A stretch of 64,000 bases of DNA from Chrysomallon squamiferum (lineage: Eukaryota > Animalia > Mollusca), in contig CM022676.1 of NCBI GenBank assembly GCA_012295275.1, positions 8,556,001-8,620,000 on the forward strand, read 5' to 3'. Both the position numbers and the translations under genes were made by a program. Numbering within the stretch: position 1 is the stretch's first letter; every line of letters begins with the position of its first letter. Positions 24,630-38,795 of this stretch are shown piece after piece. The notes below the pieces were generated by a model that saw only the letters and a list, made by a program, of their open reading frames with translations, made no database searches and was not told where the DNA came from.

Positions 24630-25468
24630 TATTGCATAAATTTTTCATGGGAAGCATGGTGTAGTTTATTGGCCTAATCTGTTACAAGTTAATGGACAAG
24701 TCTTCTATTGTGCAATTATTAAATGATTTCCAATTCCAACCAGTTCCCACAAATGGTTAAAGCTTTTCTGACTACAAGAGGGTGCAATCACATTATCCCT
24801 TGATGTTAATTGATAATTTCATGTTATATCATACAAGAAATAATCATCACAGTGATGTTGTTTTGCTGTAATGATCATAATTTTGTTTTTGTTATATATA
24901 TTAAAAGCAAATAATAATAATAATAATGAATAAAATAATAAATAAAAGAATAGCAGAAACTGATATAATATAATATAATATAATATAATATAATATAATA
25001 TAATATAATATAATATAACATAATATAATACAGAGAGGCACACTGAAAATGTAGCAAACCGATGGAAAGAGAAAACGTTGGAAATCAATGTCATAATATT
25101 AGCATAATTAATATCAAAGAACTTTCTTCGCCGTACGTTAAATACAGTTCGATATTTCACTCCTTTTTTCCCAACGTACCGCTTATTAATACACATATCT
25201 AATATCATTTCGTAATTAACACCAACAAATAATTAAAATATAAACCACAAAATGGCTTGGGCAAATATTAAAAGCAGTCGAATTTTACACACATATGGTG
25301 CTAAAATAAAACAAATGGATATTTCTGTATACAAACGGCACACGACCCATGCATTACAAAATAAAACAGAACAAATCGAGTGCCTACTAAACGGGTAAAT
25401 GGGCACACACGTATATGACACACAAAAGACACAGTACTGTTATTTTTTTTACAAATATTTTAACGCAC

Positions 25469-25640
25469 CTGCATGGAATGACGTTTTTGAGTCCCGGCGG
25501 CAAAACGGTGTCGAGAGAAAACGTTCTCTGCGAAAAGATGTTTCGATCGATAACAACGTTATATTAACGAAGAGATAACGGATTGAATGTTATTGTGCGA
25601 AATCTATGCGCCTACCGAATCGGAAACAAAACGTGTTGCC
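25469..25640 (-). promoter_or_regulatory. Probable non-coding first exon / CpG-rich promoter of the SLC17 gene
   Basis: Minus-strand donor CAG|GTGCGT at 25469/25468; CpG-rich patch; DRE-like TCGATA at ~25547. Confidence 0.5.
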
Positions 25641-26089
25641 ATTTACAGTGTAAATCAGTCTGTAGGCAAGATTGAGATAAACATGATATGAATCTGATAG
25701 ATAATTGTTTTGTTATTATATTATGGATTAATTATTGATAATTTGAGCATAATCGCAAAGTAGACTTTGCGCACATTTAAGCCGATTTAACTGCAGACTG
25801 GAAATTATAAAAAAAAAAAAAAAATATTTGTTTATTAATTTGTCTAGTTTATTTGTTACTCCATCTAAAATTCGTTTCCAGCAAAAGCCCAGAGTTTTGG
25901 ACAAGCGAAATATAGCGTGCAATATATAATAAAATAATTATTTAATTTCATGTATTACATCAGCTTCTCCAAGTCGTCATTTATAATCCGTATCTTAGCA
26001 ACCGTTTGGTTTTATTTGCTTTGAAACTGTTTTTTAAGTTAATGTTAATCTAATGCCAGTTATATTAAATAAATGTAAAATAAGTGGCC

Positions 26090-26196
26090 AAATGAAATAT
26101 TTCCCGTTCCAACCAGTGTCTTGTACTTGGTTTTGGTGTGTGGATTTTAACTTTATGGGAAGATGCATATTTCAGTGTCTTTTGCTAATAAATATA

Positions 26197-26229
<33 letters not shown>

Positions 26230-26250
26230 GCGGCAGAGGGTGTCTTTTAA
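26090..26250 (+). mobile_element. Decayed SINE-like dispersed repeat fragment
   Basis: The cores ttcccgttccaaccagtg (26101-26118) and tatgggaagatgcatatt (26154-26171) recur elsewhere in the window in both orientations. They resemble, from memory, the core of molluscan tRNA-derived SINEs. Confidence 0.55.
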
Positions 26251-26325
26251 CGAATTTTCCGGTTGACTGCAATCCCGGAAAACAAGAATCTAACGATATG
26301 CTCAGCTGTAACGGGACCATCCTGT

Positions 26326-26412
<87 letters not shown>

Positions 26413-26647
26413 GAATAGTTGTAAATGAATATATTTTCTAATACAAGTTAAAAAAAAATAAAAAATAGTTTTCCTACCAGAATCAGTTTCCTGTGAAATT
26501 ATTCCAATGTTTAGAGGTAGACAGACAGATAAGCAAATAGATAGATAGATAGACCGATTTTTAGATAGACAAACAAGTAGAAACTGACATAGACAAATAA
26601 GCAGATAGAAAGAAATAGATTTACGTAGATAATTAATAGACAGACTG

Positions 26648-26725
<78 letters not shown>

Positions 26726-27605
26726 GTCTGAACTGCTAAGCTGCAGTCCTAATTATTATTTTGTTTTAAATTAACTTTTAGTTTTATTGAAATTTGTCGA
26801 TGAACTTTATTCCTTTTAAATTTATTTCATCTTCAAATATATAAAATATAATTACAGTGTTTTCTTTGAACGGAGAATGATTTTTGTTGTTGTTGTTGTT
26901 CTTTCTTTTTCTGTTTTTTTTTTCTTCTGTAAGATAGATATATTTTAATGTCATTAAATATTTCACGTGTCAATTTTTCTTCTTATTCGTCTTCTTTTCA
27001 ATTTTTTATAGAATGTTTTATGTTGAATTATATCTTTCAGAAAATAACGCTCCCCATTATTCATTCATTCCTTCATTCCTTCATTTATTCATATATTCAT
27101 TTATTCAGACACTGATTTATTAATTTATTTTATTTTATTTTATTCCATTTTATGTTTGAATCTTCTGTTTCAAATAAACTCCTAATCGATGATGCGCTCA
27201 TGTTTTAATTTTTAATTTAGAACAAGATTACATAAATAAATAATTAAATAAAAGCATGAATAATGAATTACAGAGCGAATTATTGCACGGAATAACGAAA
27301 ATCAGAAGTCTACCTGTAATCAATACTTCCTTACCACTGTTTGTGTTTAAATTACGTTTTGTAACATCAGTGATATGTTTACATTTGCTACTTCACTGGA
27401 GTAAAACAATATTTATTTCCGTTCACAAAAAAAAAAAAAAAAACGCAGCCTTAAGGGAAGTAAATCTTGACTGATTAAAACATGCGGTAAAAATATCCAA
27501 TACAAATCAGTTTTTCGATTAACCGGTAGCCTAAGTGTTGTTAGGTTTTTAGAACCATGCCCGGTTATTCACATGGCTGATTAGACTGAAACCTAATGGA
27601 CGGCC

Positions 27606-27651
<46 letters not shown>

Positions 27652-27919
27652 TATTTATTTATTATTTAAACTGCCGGTCATTGGTTAATACGGCCCTATT
27701 TAGGATTAGCGTCAGGTTTAAAAATGGAGTTATGTCAATTGTGTATATAAGAGAGGACGGAACAGTCGAAAAACCCGTTCGTGAATACATGTGTATATTT
27801 TATTTGTATGAATGTGTCGATATGTGAGTATAAATGATGTTTATAAATAAATAAATAGATAGACAGAGAAACAGACAGACAGACAGATACATAAATAAAT
27901 AAATAATAGTTGTTATGGC

Positions 27920-27962
<43 letters not shown>

Positions 27963-28107
27963 GTTATTGTTATTGTTTGTTGTTGTTGGTTAGATATTTT
28001 CCATAACCTTGAATAAGATTGTATACTTATTTTAAAATATTAGGATTACTGATCAAAATTAACTCTTCTTTACTAATACTGACATATTATGCGAGTGCTT
28101 TCACGTA

Positions 28108-28159
<52 letters not shown>

Positions 28160-28470
28160 TAATAATAATAAAATAAATAATAATAATAAATTAATAAATA
28201 AATAAAACAAAATAAAATAAAATAAGATAAAAATAAATAAATAAATAAAAAGAAGAAGAAAAATGTGTTGCAAAAATCGATATATCTTCTTTCTTTTTTT
28301 TACTCTGTGGCCTACCGTGAATTTACCTAATGGCTTTTGTAACAGCGGTTTCCATTGGACTGTATTTGTTTACTGTCAGCAGCGATCAGCAATGAGTTGT
28401 GTGGAATTTCCTTTTCGATTTTCAGGTTAAAATGTCGTGTCGCTTTAAATAGTTTTAATGTATCTGTGTA

Positions 28471-28510
<40 letters not shown>

Positions 28511-28512
28511 GG

Positions 28513-28569
<57 letters not shown>

Positions 28570-29097
28570 GGTGATGATGATGATGATAATAATAACAAAA
28601 ACAAATTTAAAACAAAAATAAACAATAAAACTTAAGTCAAATCAAAATGAAAAGAAAAAAGTCAACAGTACAATACAACAACAACAACATTAGTACTACT
28701 GCTACTACCGCTACAACTATTACTGATAATTAACAACAACAATGATAATAATAATAACAACTCGTTAATCCAAATCGTCTGTAACATCACCTTACTAGCA
28801 TTTCAAACGATTAATCTTATATTATTTGAGCGAAAAATAAACAATACAGATTTTTGACTTTGCCTAGGCTAGGATTAGAAGACAATTATACCTACGTCAT
28901 ACGACGCAACACTATGACGTAATATAATTGTTACATCTATTATCAACGCAAACGGAGGTACTGGAAACAAGAAGAAACACATTTAAAAAAATCAGTAAAA
29001 TAAAAATAAATAAATAAACAACAATAATAATTATAATAAAATCGCACTTTTTAAACATTTGTAAAATTAGTTATTATTATTAATATTAATATTAATA

Positions 29098-29138
<41 letters not shown>

Positions 29139-29208
29139 AAATATATTCGTACCTGAACACGTAGATATATATACATATATATATACATACACACACACAT
29201 ATACACAC

Positions 29209-29287
<79 letters not shown>

Positions 29288-29535
29288 TGTAAAAATATAA
29301 TATTTCTAATGACTAAATTATTGAATGAAGAACAAGCAGAAATAGCATTAATGAAGTTAGATGATTTTAATAACAAGATATCTGGAATATATTATCTTCT
29401 TTTTAGCTGGCCCATGTTCCTCAGTTCTTTAATATTTTAATATTTCCAATTACACATTTCTCTTCCTTATTAGAGCTTTTTTTCTTCTTTCGTATTAACT
29501 CCTTCACTTTATTTAAAACATTACAGTCCTGAACG

Positions 29536-29621
<86 letters not shown>

Positions 29622-29789
29622 CGCAATGTGAAACTTTACTCATCCAAATATAAAACTCACTTAATTTCTAAGATCTGTAACAACATACCACAAAAATTTA
29701 ACAAAAACAAAAAGAAAAAACCCTAGAAGCTATGTGTCATACTGTAGTTAAAGTCAATACACTTAGTCATTACGGAAAAGATTAAATAA

Positions 29790-29985
29790 TAGCGCACTCC
29801 GCTCCTAACGCCATATAGCCGTCTGCTACAATACTTGACAAAACCTGCGGCGACCAATCAGAGGACGTGTTACATTCCATTCGTGACGTCACATACAGAC
29901 ATATTGGATCTTTCAGCCTAGTGCGGTTCGGATTTTTCTACGTTTTTCTGTGGACTATCTTGCTCTGAGGAGCTTTTGCGAAATC
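29790..29985 (+). promoter_or_regulatory. APP promoter/5'UTR with CCAAT boxes and a full CRE
   Basis: CpG-rich; CCAAT at 29854-29858 (gaCCAATcag, NF-Y type), palindromic TGACGTCA at 29884-29891 and reverse ATTGG at 29903-29907, all within ~135 bp of the ATG. Confidence 0.65.
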
Positions 29986-30039
29986 ATGGGACCAATAAAC
30001 GGTCCGGCCATCCTTGTTCTGTTCATGGCCTTGTTACAG
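29986..30039 (+). CDS. APP: APP-family exon 1, signal peptide (MGPINGPAILVLFMALLQ)
   Basis: atcATGg start, hydrophobic core and consensus donor CAG|GTGAGT in phase 0, like the short signal-peptide first exon of APP genes. Confidence 0.8.
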
Positions 30040-32689
30040 GTGAGTGTTTTTCGTAGCAGAAAAATTCTTATCTTTGGAAAACGTTCGAAGAAATCTAGCA
30101 GAAGGGACGGCCAGAAAAAGGCACGTTATAGTTTGTTTCAATATAGACCGACCTGTCATTATAATAATCGCGAAAGCGATTGTTCTGTCACACAAAGGGA
30201 AAAATAACCGAATACCATTTCTGTATTGTTAACAACCATGACGAAGAAAAAATATATATATACAGTCAGTGTTTAATTCAGTATTGACAAAACTGTATTA
30301 AAATCCTCATTAAACAAACATTATTATGAAGTAATTATGCTGTTAATCAGCATGCCTATAAATCAACGCAGACAATGAAGATCGCATTCTGTGATTACAG
30401 TGGTAAATCCATGATTCAGGAACAATCATTTGCAAAATGGTTTGTTACAAGTTATAGAAGAAAAATACTGTAGTAATCTCAAAGAATAAACCAATCAACA
30501 AATAAGAAACCTATTACAAGGTTACATTTTAAATACCATAAAAAACCAACAAAAACCCACCAAACAAAACAGCTGAAATTAATAATAAAATTATCTCAAT
30601 ACCATATAAACCATTAAATGATTAATTGTAATCCTTTTATCAATAATAATAATATATGCATAGAAAAATTCATTAACGTAAAAACTATATAACTATATTA
30701 ACTCATTAACGACCAGTTTCGAAACAAGACTATTACAGCTCAGTTTCATCATTGTAACATATCTGTAGTTGGGGAGGGCAAGTATTGACAATTGGACTGA
30801 CCCTGACATGCTAAATTCACCACATTTTTTTCTCTGATAATTAAACATAATAGTAATCTCTAGATATTAAGCTGGATTTGTTATATTATCATTTTTATCC
30901 CACCCTCTGATTCATTTGTGCAATTTTTTATAAGCTCCAGCAAAACCATTCAGTTTTATTCACTTATTCTTAAATTCATAACACTAAATATTCTCTTTTT
31001 AAGTGTAGTTAATTATAATTTATTCTTACCATCATTGTAGACACAATCTTTTTTTTTTTTTTTTTTTAATTTAGAATTTATTAACCTAAAATACTGTTTA
31101 GATGATTTTATTTGGCAGTAGTCTTTTTAAAAAATAATAATTAAAAGAAAAGTATTTTCCTTCTTAGAGATAGTATAGATATCAGCTGCTGGTTGTCTAC
31201 TATCCAAGTTGTTTCTCATAGATAATGAGATACGGTTTATATTAACTGTTCTTATTCATAGATGGTCAGTAAATGGCATGTGTACTTGACACAGTACCAG
31301 AAAATCAGAAAATGACGAAAAAGAAAAGCATATATCTGTGACCAAATTCAAAACAAAAAGAAATAACTTTGTTATAATGTCTTTTTCATTTTTTTTTACA
31401 ATATGGTCATTAACTTCAAATGTTATTGTAATGATTAAAAGAGACACAAGTTTAAATAAATATGTTCATTTGGATTTAAAAGAAGATAAATACAGTGTTT
31501 AAAAATAACACTGAAACCCTGGTCATGTCGATGAATAGTTAAGTAGTATATAATGTACACCTTTCAGGAAGGAAGGAAAAGAAGAAAATAAAAATAAACA
31601 CTGATCTCAGATATGCTCATACACTTAAAATAACTATTACGTTTATATTCACGAACCTGTCTTATCTGTTTGTCAACATTTGGTATTCTGAATACTATTA
31701 ATGATAATGATAAATCAATAATATTGAAAAAAAAAATGAATCGTTAAAATTCAGCATATTTTATTGTTCTCATTTAATGCTGTCAATGACCAGGATAATG
31801 AATCAATTTGATTTTATTATTTATTAATTCCATTCTAATCATTATTTCTATTAGTAATGACCATTAAGTGGATTTTAGTATTTCTTAATTAACTGCTAAT
31901 GTTTTTGTAAAGCTTAAAATAAACCCTTTGTAGTTTAGGTAAATATTTGCATTTCCATTTAAGAGGAAACAAACACAAAGGATTGTAAAAATGTTTTTTT
32001 GCAGTCGGAAAATAATTTTTTTTTTTTTTATTTGTTAGCAAAATAATAGTTATTCTTATCTGAGAAATAACTGAACATTTTTGCAGTCATAATTATTTCC
32101 TTATTGTTTTGTTATTATTGTAGTTGTTATTTAATTTTTAATTCTTTTTTTTTTTTATAAATGCGTTCGTCAACTTAGTGGTAGGCATTTGTAGCAGATA
32201 ATTCATATTTGATGAATTTGTTTGGTAAATTACCTTTAGAGAGAGTTCTTGCAGACCTGCAGAATTATTTATATTGATTGTTTCTTACAAAATTGTATAT
32301 TTTAGTAGCAAATGATTCATATTTGGTAAATCATCTTTGGATGTTTCTATTCTACAGCCACAGAAATTATCCATCTTCATTATTTTAATAAAATTATATA
32401 TTTAAGTTACACAAATATTATTTATTAAGATATTTTTGTGTAGTAGGGTTATTCGTTACAAATATTGTGCATAAGTATTATTTTAAAGAATATTATATTA
32501 TAGCAGTAATGGCCCACAGTTAGCCGAACCAGACTCTGTTATTTGCCTTGGAAACGTGCCAATGCAATTTGTGCAGCATTATTCAAATGATAATTCCCCA
32601 TTTGCTGATATTACAGTTTTCTCTTACTTTTATCCCTCTCACATTGTAAAATTGTTTTTTCCTGTTTCATATTTTTGTTTGTTGTGTAA

Positions 32690-32761
<72 letters not shown>

Positions 32762-35700
32762 TTAATTTATTTTTTTATTTTTAATTTTTTCAGTCCTTTT
32801 TTATTTTTTAAAACTAAGATTTAATATTTTGCTCTATTTAGTTACTTGCAGCTTTGTTAAAAGAATTATTACAATTTTTCAACTTTTAGTTATTGGTTGA
32901 TTTTTCTGTATACTTACAAGGTTTAACAAATTAATTTATCAGTTTATTTTTGGAATAGTTATTAATTTATTCTGTTCATTAACAGTTTTAAATTATTGAT
33001 TTTGCCAGTACATTTTTAATTTTCATATAATTGTTACTATTTTATACTTTTTTTACTAACTATATTTATAAATGCTTTATCTTACAGCTTTTAATGGTTA
33101 AAATATAATTTAAAAAATCATTTTGTACTGTAATGCTTAAATATAATTCAGTTTTATATAAAAAAGGGAAAAGTTAAACAAATCATGTAAACATATGTTA
33201 CTTCTAAACAAAATTTTGATACTGTAATGCTTGAATATACTTGTGTTATAAAAGAAAGAAAAAGAAGATAAAAATCACCTGTAGCGTTTGTAAATTCTAA
33301 AAATAAAAATTATTATTTTTTATATCAAATATCAATTTTTTTTTTTTTTTTTTTAATCTCTTATTCATTTTTTCTTTCTCGGTTTCCCTAAATGATATTT
33401 AATATTTTAAAATCACACAGCAGACTTTTTCATTGATGTTATCTTGATGAACGAAGACTGTAACTGTAGCTTCAGAAAACAGACAGGTGTTGTTGGTACC
33501 TGGCAAAGGTAAAACTGAAACAGATTATAGTCTGAACTGAAAACCTCACACCTGGTGGTCTAGGAAACGAGCATTTTGCCTGTCCACCATCTGACCACAA
33601 ATCCCTCGTTTATTAACCTTTGACCTCTCAGAAACGCCTTTTGTTTGTGTCCAAACAGCAGATGGGTGCAGAATATCATCAAGTTTATTAAAACCGTGAG
33701 AGAAAGTTAAGTCAAAATATGTAAATTCATGGGTGTATTTATTTTCAAGTGTTCTAGTATATATGATAGTGCCTGTCAAGACACTGGATTGTATACCCAT
33801 CAGCTTCATTTGCATTTAAAATATAGGTAGGCTGAAGTTACTGGGTCACATTCCTGTGTTTAATAAAATGAAGGTGAGGTTTGTATAATGGCTGTCTATG
33901 AACTTAAAAAATTTGTTGTCAGATTCTGTCCTAACTGTTTTTATGTATAAACCTGTGTTTTATGACTGTTTTTCATAAAGTATAAACTGAGTAGAAACAT
34001 GTGTTAAAACTTGAAAGATGTGGGGTTTTTTAAAAATTATTATCAGGCCCAACTTTTATATAAAATAAAGTTAAATAATAACAATTAAACTTAAAGTCTA
34101 GATTAATTTTAAGAGAATAATAGAGGGAAAAAAAATTTAAAAAGTTAATTTATAATAAGGAAAAGGAAATTCATAATATCTTATTTTTGCCTTCATAAAT
34201 CATTTTTGCATTAGTATCTTTTTCATGGCATGTCACGATTTATATGTCAGTGTTATTCCTTTTCATTAACATTCTTACTTTGTTGTATAATTTATATCAG
34301 ATTCAGACCTGCATAAACTGCACCAGCAGTTGCTTCATTCTTGCTTTGGATGTGCTATTTTATTTGGCATAACACATTTACTACTCATATAAAATAAAAA
34401 TATACTGAATGATTATTTAATGGAACGTTCCAGCATATTTTTATCACGAGTACAAGCATTAAACTTGTTCCCGATGCACTGGTTTTTTGTAATGCATAAA
34501 GTAATCAGTCAAGTTACTTAAGCTGTGCATAAATATCTTGTGAAGTAGGTGCATTCTCATTGGTAGATAGAAGGTGGAATTTAACCAGTCAAATCTGGCC
34601 AATTGTGGCAGAGATGTTTCTGGAAAGAAAAAGTTTGCAAGCAGCTAAATATCTTAACACATTATAGGGTTGCCTTATTCATTATTTTTCTTTTTCTTTT
34701 TTTTTTAAAATAAATATCCTAAACATTTGTATACATATACTTATTAGTGCATATTCTTATTTCTCAAAATTAAGTTTCACTTTTTCAGTCTTTTTTTTTA
34801 ATTGTAAGTAATCCCTCAAAAACACAAAACAAAAAACAAATAATGTAAAGCAAAATAAGCCATTCAAAATCTTTCTGCAAAACCCCTTTTCACGTTAAAA
34901 GATTTTTTAATTTGCACAAGGCTGAGTTTTATTAAATGGTCTTTTTTCAGTTTTGTTTTTTTCCTTTAGGGTAAACAAACATTTTTTTTTATAGTGATTT
35001 GTAATATCTAATTATTTTTCACCTGGTTTGAGTATTGTTGCTTTTTCACAAGAGTCTGCTTCATTTGAGATCACATAACATGTTTACAAGTATTAATGGT
35101 TATTATACATCTGACATTCCACCTTTGGGTATATAATACAGGTGATATATACACAGTGGCATCTCATTTGACTGGCTTCTGACTGACAAGGCATACTGTT
35201 GGAATGTAACAAATGCTGGAATCCAAATTCCCTTGAATTCCCCATTGAGAAATGCACCTGACAGAATTATGCTATTTCCAATTCCGGGCGCCTTAGCTGA
35301 GGGATTTGACATTTTCATAGCAGCCATATTTTACATTAAGTAATAAATACAGAAATTACATTGTCAGCACTGTTGCTGGAATTTTTATGAGAGCATTTGA
35401 TAGTAAATTGTCTATAAAGGAATGATTTGATCAACGGCTTGGCTTGGTTATCAGATATTTCATTTTGATAGATGCATCCATTGTTGTTGTTTTTTTGTTT
35501 TTTTTTTTCCCCAATACAATGATTGAACTCACAACTGTTTTATCATGGTATGTGCTTTCGTGTCTTTTGGGAAATATAAGCTTAAAATTCCTTGTTGCTA
35601 ATTTATAAGTTTATTTACTGTTATATGATGATTCATATCCTAATAATTTAATGGGTTATGGTAGAGATTTTCCAGTTCCATTTTTCCACACTTGTAATTT

Positions 35701-37226
35701 TATTATGAAAAAACACTCCCTTATTTCACCTCATACCACATAATAATCTATATATATTTATACAAGTACTGTTAACTTCTTTATTGTTATAATAACAACA
35801 ACAGCAACAATAAGAAAAAAATAAAAAGAAAAGATAAAAAAAAATGTGTTTTTAAATGTTAAGAAATGAAACATTTTATTAAGAATTTATTCAGAAATAT
35901 CATGTTTATAAGAAGAACAAAAACAATGACATCAACAACAACGAAACTTCAAAATAAGTATTTTATAAAATTTTGTAAAGACTGAAATTATTATTTTTTC
36001 ATTTACTAAGCAACTGTTCTTCACTGCTTCATGTTGATGCATGCATTTACCTGCATCATCTGTCAGACTAATGGGATGGTTTATAATGGCTGCCATTCTT
36101 TAATCTTAATTAGACAGGTGACCCTTGCATGCTGGGAAACCATCACAGGTGAAACCTTCACCTGTTTATGAATGTAGTTGTTAAGCTCATCTTGAGGAGA
36201 GCCTGTTGTTGAGCACAGTGTAGTTAACAATAGTCAGACAGTTTGAGATCCAGACACTGTGAAATTGTCTGGATGCTTGGCTGATTAACAACAAATGGGG
36301 CTGATTATTGACAAGTGGGATTCATTTTTTCTCTCTTCTCTCTCTTATCTTCGTTATTCGCATCAGACCGGATGCTATTTTTGTTCCTTGAGAATTATAT
36401 GAAATTTTTGTCCATATCTCAAAGAATATAAGAGAACATTTTGTTCTTTTGCTTTCTGAATACATGATAATTTTGATTTTATAACACACACACACACACA
36501 CACATTACTGAGATACAAATGGTTTTTTAATATTAATAAAATGAGACTGCTGTGTGATAAATATGTTTCTGTTGTAACTTAATATTTTAGTTATAAATAT
36601 TCTCTGCTTGAGCATGCTTATTACTGTCAGTGCACACTGGTTGTTGAATAATTTACCATCAACGAATCCTTACCAGTGAATATTTTCGTTCAGCAAATCC
36701 TTTTTATACTGTAGAGTATAAATTATAATCTAGTTCATGTGCAAAAATCCTGTTATTAAATGTTGTGTCATGTATTTGTAAGAAAATTTCAGTGGTTTTA
36801 TGCTGCCATTACTTGGCAAGTAATTTGTACAGTGTAGACAATAATCAAATGTGCATTCATCCAAATAACTAAAATACATATTACTGATACACAGACACAC
36901 AAACACACAAATAAAAATAACATGCATACCTACACACAAACATACATAGCATATCCATATCTACCTACTTATACATATATACATAAATACATATCTAGCT
37001 ACATTCACACCTACCTACCTGTGTATTTGCTTACCTATCCACACACTCAGACACACACACACACACAAACACACACAAACGCACACACACACACACACAC
37101 ACACAAAGCACTCAGATATTAAAATAACAATGACCATTCTCCCATACGAAAATAAATAAGTCATTAACAATGTACAATATAAAACAATTATAAACGTCCT
37201 AAAATCTCTTTTTTTGTTTCTTCCAG

Positions 37227-37313
37227 TATGCATCTTCCACCTCTGACAAATTTGAGCCTATGGTTGCGTTCATGTGCAACAAGCCAGCGATGCACCGTGA
37301 AATCCTTGTCGAG
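37227..37313 (+). CDS. APP: APP-family exon 2, start of the E1 growth-factor-like domain (YASSTSDKFEPMVAFMCNKPAMHREILVE)
   Basis: EPMVAFMCNKPAMH aligns to human EPQIAMFCGRLNMH; strong polypyrimidine acceptor ttcttccag and donor GAG|GTGAGT; phase 0-0. Confidence 0.88.
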
Positions 37314-38703
37314 GTGAGTAATAATAATTTAATTTTTTTTACATGACACACCTTTGTGGAGGTCACTGATTCATTCACCTCCAGTTTTTAAAATGTTTAA
37401 AAACTAAATTTGTGAGTTATTTTGTAAGAAACATACCTTGTATAATTATTTCCAGAAAATAAGAATTTTTTGTAAAAATTTGTCTTAAAATTACTGCAAA
37501 GGTTATATCTATAGTCTATACCCCAAGAATTGAGTGTATAAATGTCTTGAATACTTTCTGTTTTTTATTTACATAATATGACATTTATATTTAAAAATGA
37601 AAGGCAAAAAGAAATTTATATTAATGTGTGTCTATGTATGTGTTTGTATGTCACTGATTTTATATATGTGTTTGGGTTTAGGTATGTGTATACATTCACA
37701 TAACCTCCAGTTTTTAAAAAAAGAGTATCATAGTAAATTTATCATTAATACAAAAAAAAAAAAAAAATAAGAAAGACAAACAAATATGACAACAATCTTC
37801 AGTGTCTTTTATGTGTCTGTGTCTGTGTGTGTGTCTGTGTCTGTGTCTGTGTCTGTGTCTTTGTCTGTGTCTGTGTGTGTGTGTGTATGTGTGTGTTTAC
37901 ATTAATATGCTAACCTATAAAATAAGGATATATTTAAAAGAAAGAAAAAAAAATGTAGTCTGTTTTGTTCTTTTTAAATGACAACTATACTTTTAGGTTC
38001 ATATTAAGTAAAGCATTTCACCCAGACACATTGTCACAGTATGTCTGCTGCATACATAAACAGTGTATTGTTGTGTACAGGTATGGGCTTGCCAACACAC
38101 CTGTATGTCGGGCAATACTTACCTAACCTGTAAACTTCTTAGCCTATCCTATACTGGTCTTTTAAAAACTCTTTATTTTTAACCTTACATAATTATGTCG
38201 CTCTCCATGGGGGGTGGGTGTGTATGTTCATGTATGTGTTTGTGTTTGTGTTTGTATGTGGGTGTTTGTGTTTGTATGTGGCTGTTATTGCTACATATAT
38301 AAAACATGATTATTGATATTGGTATTGTATATACACTGATATATTACAGTAATTAATATTAATTGTAATACACTTAGAAGAAAATAAATACAGAGGAATT
38401 AACATTAAAGTTTTAACATTTATAAATTGATATTTGTGTAGAACAATTGATATAATCTGATTCATATGAATAGATTTACATTGTGTTGCTATTGGTTACA
38501 TTTTATTATCTTGTATGTATGTTTAAGTAAATACCCTGTATTAAAGATAAACATCCTTTGTTTTCATAGAAAATGTGTACATTGTATATAACTGTTTTTA
38601 TTTTCCTGTGTAATGTGTATATTGTATTTTAAATGGATACATTTTTTTTTTTTAATCATGATTTATGTTTTTGAACCTAGTATGAATCTGTGTGTGTTCG
38701 TAA

Positions 38704-38795
<92 letters not shown>

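Noticed and set aside
35103-35327. 74-aa minus-strand ORF within APP intron 1 (possible nested gene)
   Set aside because: No recognisable homology, splice partners or promoter features.
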